Source of the DNA: Thermoplasmata archaeon
GTDB lineage: Archaea; Thermoplasmatota; UBA186; UBA287
Length of the DNA stretch: 64,000 bases
Reading direction: 5' to 3'
Assembly (NCBI GenBank): GCA_011620765.1
Contig: WOYO01000082.1
Coordinates: 8,259-72,258, forward strand
The notes under the pieces were generated by a model that was given only the letters and a program-made list of their open reading frames with translations, searched no databases and had not been told where the DNA came from. Of the stretch, positions 55,972-64,000 are shown piece after piece; position 1 is the first letter of the stretch; every line of letters starts with the position of its first letter. A program made the translations under genes and the position numbers.

Positions 55972-56262
55972 ATGCCAAAGATGTCGCATGGTAAAAAAGC
56001 AAACACTAGAAAACTGCTCACTAAAAAGAAGAGCGAGAAGAGTAAAAACCTTGTAAGCAAAATGCTGCAGAAGTTTGAAGAAGGAGAGAGCGTATTCATA
56101 GATCTTGAACCAAGCGTAGAGAGTGGAATGCCATTCCGCAGGTTTAATGGTTTACAGGGTAAAGTTGTAGGGAAACAGGGTAGATGCTATCTGGTAGAAG
56201 TGAAATGCGGCAATAAGATAAAAACTGTTCTTGCAGGGCCTGCGCACATGAAAAGGTTGTGA
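55972..56262 (+). CDS. rpl21e: 50S ribosomal protein L21e
   Basis: MPKMSHGKKANTRKLL...GMPFRRFNGLQGKVVGKQGRCYLVEV pattern of L21e. 96 aa. GGAGG SD-like element upstream. Confidence 0.85.
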   Translation: MPKMSHGKKANTRKLLTKKKSEKSKNLVSKMLQKFEEGESVFIDLEPSVESGMPFRRFNGLQGKVVGKQGRCYLVEVKCGNKIKTVLAGPAHMKRL

Positions 56263-56266
56263 GAGA

Positions 56267-56587
56267 ATGAAAGTCTCAAAGGAAGGTCGCTACCTTGCAT
56301 TAGCAGAGGTAAAAGAATTGCTGGGGGAAGAAGCGCTCAAGGACGTACAGAAGCTTGCTCTTGAGCACGCTAAGGAATTCAGTAAACTAGGAGTTAAAGA
56401 AGCAAAAGCGCTAACAAAAGAGCTCTCAGAGCTGGATCTTCCCGAGAACATCGTGTGTAAAATAGTAGATATATTGCCCCAGGACACAGATACAATAATA
56501 ACAATACTCTCAACTGAAAAGAGCAGAATAAAGGAGGATCTGATAAATAAGGTCCTCGAGATCGTTTCAGGGTATACGAAGGAGTGA
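56267..56587 (+). CDS. rpo4: DNA-directed RNA polymerase subunit Rpo4 (RpoF)
   Basis: 106-aa helical protein (LALAEVKELLGEE...LEHAKEFSKL...CKIVDILPQD) at the conserved position between rpl21e and the DUF655 gene. Confidence 0.7.
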   Translation: MKVSKEGRYLALAEVKELLGEEALKDVQKLALEHAKEFSKLGVKEAKALTKELSELDLPENIVCKIVDILPQDTDTIITILSTEKSRIKEDLINKVLEIVSGYTKE

Positions 56588-56590
56588 GAA

Positions 56591-57130
56591 ATGGAAGAAT
56601 CCGCCTTCGTCCTTGACTATCTCCCAGAGGGGAGACCGAGCACAAGTTTCAGGAGAATGATGGAGCCTATAGCTTACGTTATAGGCAGGGATGAATTCAA
56701 GCTGTTTGAGGTGTCTCTGAGATCTACAGTAGAGATCGGAGAAAAGCTCTACATTGGAAAAGAGAAATCAAAAAGGAAAAAGGTGAACAGGATCCTGAGA
56801 AGGGTTAGATATGATGAACTCACAGGCTCTGCAAAGGACGAGCTACCCCATGTGCTTGAACAGATAGTTAAAGAGAGGGAGAGCTTTTTTATAAATTTTA
56901 TAAACAGGGCAGGACCAATAACAACAAGGTTTCATTCTCTGGAGCTATTACCAGGATTCGGAAAAAAGATGATGTGGAGCGTTATAGAAGAGAGAGAAAG
57001 AAAGCCATTTGAGAGCTTTGAGGATCTTGCACAGAGGAGTGATCTGAAAAATCCGGAAAAGGTCTTTGCTAAAAGGATAGAGGATGAGCTATCTGGCAAG
57101 GAAAACAAATATATTCTGTTTGTCAAATAG
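56591..57130 (+). CDS. DUF655-family putative RNA-binding protein (HhH motif)
   Basis: Conserved archaeal gene that follows rpoF. N-terminal OB-like region plus HhH-like LLPGFGKKMMWSVIEERERKPFESFEDL. Confidence 0.65.
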   Translation: MEESAFVLDYLPEGRPSTSFRRMMEPIAYVIGRDEFKLFEVSLRSTVEIGEKLYIGKEKSKRKKVNRILRRVRYDELTGSAKDELPHVLEQIVKERESFFINFINRAGPITTRFHSLELLPGFGKKMMWSVIEERERKPFESFEDLAQRSDLKNPEKVFAKRIEDELSGKENKYILFVK

Positions 57131-57191
57131 GGATATCGGGACTTTCTATTCTATATAGAAAAGTATATTCTTTTTAAAAACGATTGAATCT

Positions 57192-58082
57192 GTGGAGAAG
57201 TTCAGGATCTTTACGGCGGTCTTTGCCCTTTCTCTGACTGCTCTCGCAATGCTGCTTCTCACACAACTTATAATATCTTCATTACCCGTAATGGAGACGT
57301 TTGGATTTCGATTCGTAATAGAGAGCGTATGGGATCCTGTAAAGGAGGTTTTCGGGGCTCTTCCCTTTATATATGGTACCCTTGTGACATCATTTATAGC
57401 CCTGCTGATCGCTGTGCCCTTAAGCATCGGTGCTGCTGTTTTTCTCACGCAATACATCTCTCCCAAATTATCGTATGTGCTCTCTTTTCTCATAGAGATA
57501 ATAGCAGCCATACCTAGTGTTGTCATAGGTCTATGGGGTATATTCGTGCTCATCCCTTTTATAAGAGAAGAGGTAGGCCCCTTCCTTATAGAATACCTTG
57601 GTTTTATACCAGTATTCCAGGGGCCTGTGTATGGTCCATCTATCCTTACAGGAGCGCTGATATTGACGATAATGATAGTACCGATAATTACCTCAATGAC
57701 AAAGGATGCCATAAACACTGTACCGATCCTTCAAAGAGAGGGAATGATAGCCCTGGGTGCTACCAGGTGGGAGGTGATCACAAAGGTAACGCTACCTTAT
57801 GCAAGACCCGGGATCATAGGAGGGGTGATGCTGGGTCTCGGTAGAGCGATCGGTGAAACGATGGCAATAACTATGGTTATAGGTAACGCTCCCGAGATAC
57901 CCGCATCTCTTTTAGCACCAGGCGATACGCTCGCAAGTGTGATAGCGAATCAGTTCAGCGAAGCAACCTCTGCGCTCCATGAATCTGCATTGATAGAGCT
58001 CGGGCTCATACTATTTATCATCACTATAGTAATAAACATATGCGCTAGGCTTATCCTCAGAAGGGAGGTGGCCAGGGGATGA
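57192..58082 (+). CDS. pstC: phosphate ABC transporter permease PstC
   Basis: 6-TM permease with the conserved EAA-type loop (ALGATRWEVITKVTLPYARPGIIGGVMLGLGRAIGETMAI). GTG start. Confidence 0.85.
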   Translation: MEKFRIFTAVFALSLTALAMLLLTQLIISSLPVMETFGFRFVIESVWDPVKEVFGALPFIYGTLVTSFIALLIAVPLSIGAAVFLTQYISPKLSYVLSFLIEIIAAIPSVVIGLWGIFVLIPFIREEVGPFLIEYLGFIPVFQGPVYGPSILTGALILTIMIVPIITSMTKDAINTVPILQREGMIALGATRWEVITKVTLPYARPGIIGGVMLGLGRAIGETMAITMVIGNAPEIPASLLAPGDTLASVIANQFSEATSALHESALIELGLILFIITIVINICARLILRREVARG

Positions 58083-58903
58083 CAAGTCTTGGGGTTAGAA
58101 GAATAAAAGGGTACCTCATGCTGATCCTTGTGGCTGTAGCCTTCATAATCATAATGATCCCCCTCATAAGCATGCTATACATGATAATAAAGGAGGGTAT
58201 TGGTATTTTAAGCTGGGAGTTTCTTACAGCTCTTCCGAAACCGCCTGGTGAGGCAGGAGGGGGGATAGGGAATGCGATACAGGGAAGTCTGATGATGGTA
58301 GCCCTGGCTTCAATGATCTCTATACCAATCTCAATCTTTGCAGCCATGTATATATCTGAGTATGGAGGAAAGCTCTCCACAATCACAGAATTTATAGCAG
58401 AAGTCCTCAGTGGCACCCCCTCCATAATTGCTGGTATATTTATATATACGCTTATAGTTCTAAGAATAGGCTTTTCTGCTTTAGCTGGGGCGCTGGCTCT
58501 CTCGGTGCTTATGATACCCACCGTTACCATAGCGTCATATGAGAGTTTGAAGGCTGTTCCCAGGAGTATAAGGGAAGCAGCGATAGCTCTTGGCGTGCCA
58601 AAGTGGAGAGCTTCCCTCTTCGTTATTTTGAGAAGTGCGATGGTTGGCATAGGAACTGGGGTTATCCTCGGGGTAGCACGCATATTTGGAGAAACTGCAC
58701 CACTTCTGTTCACAGCTCTTGGAAACATGTACTGGAATGAGGGTCTATTGGAGCCAACCGCAGCCCTCCCATTGCTCATATATAACTATGCTACCTCACC
58801 CTATAAAAGCTGGCAGACGCAAGCCTGGGGTGCTGCACTGGTGCTTCTTGTGATCGTACTATTGTTGAACATTGGAGTCAGGATTATAGCGAGGAAAAGA
58901 TGA
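58079..58903 (+). CDS. pstA: phosphate ABC transporter permease PstA
   Basis: PstA topology with loop motif [41 protein letters not shown]. 4-nt overlap with pstC. Confidence 0.85.
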   Translation: MTSLGVRRIKGYLMLILVAVAFIIIMIPLISMLYMIIKEGIGILSWEFLTALPKPPGEAGGGIGNAIQGSLMMVALASMISIPISIFAAMYISEYGGKLSTITEFIAEVLSGTPSIIAGIFIYTLIVLRIGFSALAGALALSVLMIPTVTIASYESLKAVPRSIREAAIALGVPKWRASLFVILRSAMVGIGTGVILGVARIFGETAPLLFTALGNMYWNEGLLEPTAALPLLIYNYATSPYKSWQTQAWGAALVLLVIVLLLNIGVRIIARKR

Positions 58904-59652
58904 GCACAAAGATAAGAATAAAGAGCCTTAATGGATGGTTCGGCGAAAAGCAGGTGCTGAAGGATATAAACTTGGACATAGAAGAAAACAGCATAACCGC
59001 AATAATAGGTCCGAGCGGATGCGGCAAAACTACGCTTATAAGATGCATAAACAGGATGCATGAAGTAACTCCCGGGGCCAGAGTAGAGGGTAGCGTTTTG
59101 CTCGATGAGCAGGATATATATAAAGAGGACCCAGTTAAGGTTAGAGAGAGGATTGGCATGGTTTTTCAGAGGCCAAACCCATTTCCAACAATGAGCGTTC
59201 TGGAAAACGCGGTTGCTGGTTTGAAGCTAAAGGGCATAAGAAACAGGAAGCTTCTTGCCGAAAAGGCTGAAGAGGTGATTAAGGCAGTCGGGCTATGGGA
59301 CGAGGTAAAAAATGAGCTGAACAAGCCAGGCACAAGCCTGAGCGGTGGACAGCAACAGCGCCTGTGCATAGCCAGAGCCCTTGCTGTGGAGCCGGAGGTG
59401 CTTTTGATGGATGAGCCAGCTTCAGCTTTGGATCCTGTATCAACTATGCGCCTGGAGGATCTGATCTACGAGTTAAAGAAGGAGTACACGATTGTTATAG
59501 TAACGCACAACATGCAGCAGGCAGCCAGGGTAAGTGATTACACAGCCTTTCTGTACATGGGAGAGCTCATAGAGTATAGTAACACAAAAGAGCTCTTCGA
59601 GAGGCCAAAGAATGATCTGACAGAAAGGTATATAAGTGGAAGATTCGGTTGA
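58900..59652 (+). CDS. pstB: phosphate ABC transporter ATP-binding protein PstB
   Basis: Walker [10 protein letters not shown], signature LSGGQQQR, Walker [12 protein letters not shown]. 4-nt overlap with pstA. Confidence 0.9.
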   Translation: MSTKIRIKSLNGWFGEKQVLKDINLDIEENSITAIIGPSGCGKTTLIRCINRMHEVTPGARVEGSVLLDEQDIYKEDPVKVRERIGMVFQRPNPFPTMSVLENAVAGLKLKGIRNRKLLAEKAEEVIKAVGLWDEVKNELNKPGTSLSGGQQQRLCIARALAVEPEVLLMDEPASALDPVSTMRLEDLIYELKKEYTIVIVTHNMQQAARVSDYTAFLYMGELIEYSNTKELFERPKNDLTERYISGRFG

Positions 59653-59684
59653 TAAAGGTAAAAATGTCGATAAAGAGGTGAAGT

Positions 59685-60347
59685 ATGGGGACGAGAGAAA
59701 AGTTTGATAAAGATATCAATGAAGTGTACAGGATGCTAGGAGAGATGCGAGATCTGGCCATAGATAGCATCAACTCCTCTATGGAAGCTCTGGATAAACT
59801 GGATGAGGATGCGGCAAAGGTGGCACTGAGAAATGATGTAAAAAGCTATGATCTGATGAGAAACATAGAGAACAGATGCACAGCCCTTCTGATGCTTCAG
59901 GCTCCTGTAGCAAAGGATCTCAGGAAGATAGTTACCGCAATGAAATCCTCTGGTGATCTCAACAGGATTATAAGATATGCAAAGAATATATCCACGCTAG
60001 CTATCGAGATGGTAAAAGAGAAAGATGAGCACTTTAAAAAGCTTATAGGCCTGAAGGGAATGAAAGATAAATCTATAGATATGATCGAAAAAGCCATGAA
60101 AGCCTTGTTAGAGGAGAATAAAAACCTTGCTATGGAAGTGTATAAAGAAGAGGAAGATGTGGACGCTTTATACGAGCAGATATTCAGAGAGCTCATCACA
60201 TATATGGTGGAGGACAACAGGAAGATAACTAGAGGTGTTAGGTACTTACTCGCTGGCAGGTATCTTGAGAGGGTAGCAGATCATGCATGCAACATCGCAG
60301 AAGGAGCCATATATATAACAACCGGGGAGCGTATAGCACCGGATTAG
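59685..60347 (+). CDS. phoU: phosphate transport system regulator PhoU
   Basis: Two PhoU repeats with conserved Asp/Glu positions (ALDKLDEDAAKVALRNDVKSYDLMRNIE...; ...YLERVADHACNIAEG). Confidence 0.8.
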   Translation: MGTREKFDKDINEVYRMLGEMRDLAIDSINSSMEALDKLDEDAAKVALRNDVKSYDLMRNIENRCTALLMLQAPVAKDLRKIVTAMKSSGDLNRIIRYAKNISTLAIEMVKEKDEHFKKLIGLKGMKDKSIDMIEKAMKALLEENKNLAMEVYKEEEDVDALYEQIFRELITYMVEDNRKITRGVRYLLAGRYLERVADHACNIAEGAIYITTGERIAPD

Positions 60348-60401
60348 GCATTTATCAAAGATTTAAAGGACGCCCATAGCGTTATTCTAAGCTGGTTGTG
60401 C

Positions 60402-60980
60402 CTAAGATGGGCGGATATTTTTTATCTGCGTGATTGCGCTCTCTATACTTTCAACATCCCTTTGCATGACCGAAACAGCTCTAACAACCATAGGATATTT
60501 CTCTACAAGCTGGTTGAGATCTATATCTAGATCCTCGCTTGTTTGCTGCAGGTCCTCTCTCGTCTGCTGGATAGCAGTTGTGATAGCATTAATCAGCTCC
60601 ATAGGGATACCATAGACAAGGGACAGAGACCGCTCAAGGGTATTCAGAGAAGCGTTTATTCTATCCAGATCTCTTGAGATCACATCATTGTAATCGCGCT
60701 GTAGCGCCGAGACGTCCAGATTTTGGTTGTATACGGTGTTATTATGGCGCAGTGCGTAATCTACATATCCGAAGTAGTTGTTAAGATCTTCTAACAAAAC
60801 CTCAACATTGTTTGTCAGAGATTCAAAAGGGACCATGAGGAGATCATAGGGTTCAACTGCTGGTTGCACAGGCTGCTGGATCTCTGGTTGTGCAGTTTCA
60901 TTTTGTGGCTCCTCCATCGCGGGAGGCATTCCTATACAGCCACAAAGGAGAAGAGCTAGCATAATCACAAGCTTCTTCAT
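60402..60980 (-). CDS. secreted/lipoprotein-like hypothetical protein
   Basis: Signal peptide with lipobox-like MKKLVIMLALLLCGCIG, Gln/Pro-rich linker, then a helical domain. Start placed at the internal ATG; the track ORF extends to 61022. Confidence 0.45.
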   Translation of the reverse strand: MKKLVIMLALLLCGCIGMPPAMEEPQNETAQPEIQQPVQPAVEPYDLLMVPFESLTNNVEVLLEDLNNYFGYVDYALRHNNTVYNQNLDVSALQRDYNDVISRDLDRINASLNTLERSLSLVYGIPMELINAITTAIQQTREDLQQTSEDLDIDLNQLVEKYPMVVRAVSVMQRDVESIESAITQIKNIRPS

Positions 60981-61049
60981 ACTGCACAATATACATTTCT
61001 TTGTATTTAACAATGTCTGCAATGCAAATCAGTAAAATAAATATACGAC

Positions 61050-62381
61050 TTGAGCTCCTTTCTGTTTATGAAAAGAGGGATGGCAGTTTCGATCGCTCTT
61101 GCTATAGCTCTATTAGCACCGGTGGTGCTGTCACAGGACATAAAGAGCATAGTAGAGAATGTAAACGCAACAGGGCAGCTGGAGGTTGTGCACTGGTGGA
61201 CAGCTGGTGGAGAGAAAGAGGGAATAAATGAAGCTCTGAACTATTTTTCACGAATATATCCAAAGGTGAGGGTTATCTCAGGGCCAATAGCTGGAGGTGC
61301 AGGAACAAATCTCAAGCAGGTCGTTAAAACAAGGGTTGTTGCAGGTAATGCTCCTGAGAGCTTTCAGTGTCATGCGGGATATGAGATGTACCCATACTAT
61401 GAGGGTGATCTCCTTTACAACTGTGATGACGTCTGGAGCTATATGGGGCTAGAAAGCGTTACTCCGGATATGATAGAAGAGATATGTAAGATAGACGGGC
61501 ACTACTATTGTGTGCCCATTGGAATACACAGAACTAACGTTGTTTTCTACAACAAAGGGCTCTTTGAAGCGTATGGCGTAGAGGAGCCATCAAGCAACAT
61601 GACCTTGGAGGAATTTTTCGATTTTGCGGCAGAGCTTCAGGAAAAGCTGCCGGAGGGCGTGCGCGCTCTCGGTTTAGGTGATAGAAACAACTGGGAGGCA
61701 ACACACATATTTGAAACCCTCATGCTAGCAGAAAACCCGCGGACCTATGAGAAATTCATAAATGGAAAGGTGACAGCAAAAGAGCTCGTACCAGCTCTCG
61801 AGGCTTTTCAGGAATATCTGGGGTATGTTGCCCCAGATCACAGAGCAAGAACCTGGGATGAAGAATGCGGGATGATCATGCAGGGAAAGGTAGCTATGCT
61901 CATTCATGGAGACTGGGCAAAGGGTTACTTTACCGCAAATGGCTGGGAGTATGGAAAAGACTTTGGTGCTTTTGTTGTCCCGGGGACTGAAGGTTGGTTT
62001 GGAGCCAGCACAGACGCTTTTGTGAGACCGAAGAGCTCAGTGAATCATGAGAACGCTATAAGATGGCAGGCAACATATGTTACGCTGGATGCGCAGAAGG
62101 TGTTCAATCCTGCAAAGGGATCTATATCACCTTATACTCACGTACCAACAACGATCTATGATGAATACTCCAGGGAAGCTGCTGAGGATCTTTACTCCAG
62201 AGATATAAAGATATATCCGAGCATAACCCACGGTTCAGGCTCACCTGAGCAGGTCTTATCGCAATTAAATGTGATAATTGGAGACTTTGCCCAGAACCCA
62301 CAAAACGTCCAGGGAACCGCAAACTCGATAATAAACGCAATAAAGTATGTAGAGCATCCGGTACAGTGGGATATAATTTGA
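61050..62381 (+). CDS. ABC transporter substrate-binding protein (family 1, sugar-type)
   Basis: Signal/anchor segment MAVSIALAIALLAPVVLS followed by a 420-aa periplasmic-binding-protein fold typical of MalE-like sugar binding proteins. Sits upstream of two MalF/MalG-like permeases. Confidence 0.75.
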   Translation: MSSFLFMKRGMAVSIALAIALLAPVVLSQDIKSIVENVNATGQLEVVHWWTAGGEKEGINEALNYFSRIYPKVRVISGPIAGGAGTNLKQVVKTRVVAGNAPESFQCHAGYEMYPYYEGDLLYNCDDVWSYMGLESVTPDMIEEICKIDGHYYCVPIGIHRTNVVFYNKGLFEAYGVEEPSSNMTLEEFFDFAAELQEKLPEGVRALGLGDRNNWEATHIFETLMLAENPRTYEKFINGKVTAKELVPALEAFQEYLGYVAPDHRARTWDEECGMIMQGKVAMLIHGDWAKGYFTANGWEYGKDFGAFVVPGTEGWFGASTDAFVRPKSSVNHENAIRWQATYVTLDAQKVFNPAKGSISPYTHVPTTIYDEYSREAAEDLYSRDIKIYPSITHGSGSPEQVLSQLNVIIGDFAQNPQNVQGTANSIINAIKYVEHPVQWDII

Positions 62382-63247
62382 GAGCAAAGAGCGTGCTGGA
62401 GTTCTTGCCATTCATAGTGGCAATAGCTCTGGCCTTTTACTTTATATACGTTGCGATAGGATGGAATGTAATAGTCTCTATCTCTAAATGGGCAGGTCTG
62501 CGGCCTGACTACAGCTTTTCGGGCTTCCAGCAGTATGCGAGAATGGTGGATGATCCCCTCTTCTGGAAATCACTCACCAACACATTTTTCCTGTTTCTGA
62601 TGATGCCTCTATGCATGCTCCTTGGGCTATTAATAGCCATTCTGCTGGATCTCTGCGGAAAAGGTGCCGGGATCTTCAGAAACATCCTGCTTCTCCCTTT
62701 TGCCCTATCCTTTGTGGTAACAGGCACTCTCTGGGCATGGATGTATGCGCCGAGTAATGGGGTGATAAACACTATGCTCAGAGCTTTCGGACTTGAGAGC
62801 CTCACAAGTATGTGGCACACAGGTGAGGGCACAGTGATGTGGTCCATACTACTAGCATTAATATGGCAGTTCTCTGGATATACCGCTCTCATATTCCTGG
62901 CAGGGATAAAATCGGTTGATGAAGACGTAATCGGGGCAGCTAAGGTGGACGGGGCATCCACTTTTCAGATGTACCGGAGGGTAGTGCTTCCACAGCTAGG
63001 GCCATCAGTGCTCACAAATTTTGTTATACTGATGCTTTTTTCTTTAAAAGCCTTTGATTTTATATGGGTGCTTACCAGTGGCGGTCCGGGAACAGCATCC
63101 CATACATTGGCTATACTGATATACCGTGTGCTCTTTGAGCAGACTCAGTTCGCCTATGGCTCTGCTATCTCTGTGATCCTTCTGCTTATAGTGCTTGCCA
63201 TTGTTGTGCCATACATGTACTTTTCATACAGGAGTGCAGAGAGATGA
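62366..63247 (+). CDS. sugar ABC transporter permease (MalF/UgpA-like)
   Basis: 6-TM permease with EAA loop (GAAKVDGASTFQMYRRVVLPQLGP). Confidence 0.8.
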   Translation: MGYNLRAKSVLEFLPFIVAIALAFYFIYVAIGWNVIVSISKWAGLRPDYSFSGFQQYARMVDDPLFWKSLTNTFFLFLMMPLCMLLGLLIAILLDLCGKGAGIFRNILLLPFALSFVVTGTLWAWMYAPSNGVINTMLRAFGLESLTSMWHTGEGTVMWSILLALIWQFSGYTALIFLAGIKSVDEDVIGAAKVDGASTFQMYRRVVLPQLGPSVLTNFVILMLFSLKAFDFIWVLTSGGPGTASHTLAILIYRVLFEQTQFAYGSAISVILLLIVLAIVVPYMYFSYRSAER

Positions 63248-64000
63248 AGGCAAAAGATGTAATAATATATGTTGTGCTCACTATTTTTGCCATCGGAGCT
63301 CTTTTGCCTATCTGGGCTGCCATAACCACATCCTTCAAGAGCTCATATGAGGTTGCAACCACATCACCATTATTCTTCCCAGAGCAGCCGACTCTTGATG
63401 CTTATAGAACCGCCTTTGGTTCATTGAGTCGCCCGTATGTGAATAGCATCCTGATGACGATAGGTGGAGTCATCGGTTCGGTGCTGCTTGGATCTATATG
63501 TGGCTATTTCTTTTCAAAGATAAGGTTCAGGCATGATGAGCTCGTTTTCTACCTTTTAGCTGTGGGTGCTTTTATACCATATCAATCTGTGCTTGTGCCA
63601 TTATACACTACAATAATAGATCTCAATATGTACGGCACAGTTCAGGGGCTGATATTAACGCATACCGCTTATGGTATACCCATGTGTACAGTGCTCTTCA
63701 GAAGTTTTTACACTGCTGTGCCTGATGATCTCATAGATGCTGCAAAGGTGGATGGTGCGGGTGCATGGAGAATATATTTCAACATTCTGCTTCCGGTGAC
63801 ACTTCTTTCGATGGTTATAGTTGTTGTGTTCCAGTTCACCTCAATATGGAATGAATTTCTCTTCGGGCTAATTCTTGGAGGTGGCGAGATGCAGGCAATG
63901 CCTGTGACGGTGGCTCTTAACAACCTCAAGGGCAGCCTCGTAGCTCAGTGGAATGTGCAGATGGCAGGAGCCTTACTTGTAGCTCTCCCTGTGCTTTTGC
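63244..64000 (+). CDS. sugar ABC transporter permease (MalG/UgpE-like), 3' end beyond window
   Basis: ATG at 63244 overlapping the previous stop (ATGA). Open to the end of the window. EAA loop DAAKVDGAGAWRIYFNILLPV. Confidence 0.75.
   Translation, partial: MKAKDVIIYVVLTIFAIGALLPIWAAITTSFKSSYEVATTSPLFFPEQPTLDAYRTAFGSLSRPYVNSILMTIGGVIGSVLLGSICGYFFSKIRFRHDELVFYLLAVGAFIPYQSVLVPLYTTIIDLNMYGTVQGLILTHTAYGIPMCTVLFRSFYTAVPDDLIDAAKVDGAGAWRIYFNILLPVTLLSMVIVVVFQFTSIWNEFLFGLILGGGEMQAMPVTVALNNLKGSLVAQWNVQMAGALLVALPVLL

Noticed and set aside
57146-57718. 190-aa minus-strand ORF overlapping pstC
   Set aside because: Antisense to a well-supported permease gene. Low-complexity translation. Typical shadow ORF. 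The same reasoning applies to 1134..1628, 4339..4993, 15242..15709, 20016..20411, 40197..40604, 41391..41993, 26151..26636, 58057..58779.
1-64000. CRISPR arrays, transposases, integrases, prophage or plasmid genes
   Set aside because: No regularly spaced direct repeats, no cas genes, no DDE/serine/tyrosine recombinase motifs seen. Despite the tRNA gene, the flanking genes are ordinary chromosomal genes and no att-like duplication of the tRNA 3' end was found beyond the part explained as the second exon.

Overview
This 64-kb window reads as a gene-dense archaeal (euryarchaeal-type) chromosomal segment. Markers of archaeal origin: LonB protease with a membrane insert, homodimer-type tRNA-splicing endonuclease EndA, RNA polymerase subunits Rpo4/F and Rpo11/L, exosome cap protein Csl4, Dph2, Pus10, r-proteins L40e and L21e, DUF211, DUF655, the DUF35/thiolase pair. 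There are leaderless genes with TATA boxes about 25-30 bp upstream, and many 4-nt start/stop overlaps (ATGA/GTGA). About 70 protein-coding genes on both strands, mostly housekeeping and transport. Four aminoacyl-tRNA synthetase genes (alaS, proS, trpS, pheT-beta), gdhA, purM, argF, upp, a udp-like phosphorylase, pepQ, a Zn-ADH. Transporters: peptide ABC (DppBCDF-like), phosphate ABC (PstCAB + PhoU), sugar ABC (binding protein + two permeases, the last running off the window end), FeoB with a DtxR-FeoA regulator, a CDF metal exporter. No CRISPR array, no transposase or integrase, no rRNA. One tRNA gene: a tRNA-Ser(CGA) whose T-loop appears to be interrupted by a structured insert of about 98 nt (candidate non-canonical intron at position 59/60) with two perfect internal hairpins. 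Other noteworthy items: a 1278-aa fusion of a beta-phosphoglucomutase-like HAD domain, a trehalose-6-phosphate phosphatase domain and a GH65 glycoside phosphorylase; a eukaryote-like bifunctional formiminotransferase-cyclodeaminase; a tightly overlapped 4-gene operon (guanylate kinase / unknown / RPA-like two-OB-fold protein / Isf-type FeS flavoprotein); an argF operon co-transcribed with a sarcosine-oxidase-beta-like FAD oxidoreductase, a BFD-like 2Fe-2S protein and an unknown protein; a decayed MarC-family pseudogene; a SAMP/MoaD-like ubiquitin-like gene with a GTG start and a clear TATA box; a 78-bp perfect repeat shared by the two peptide-ABC ATPase genes; two short genes missed by the ORF track (L40e, a YHS-domain protein). 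All calls are from reading the translated ORFs and the DNA by eye; no database search was run.
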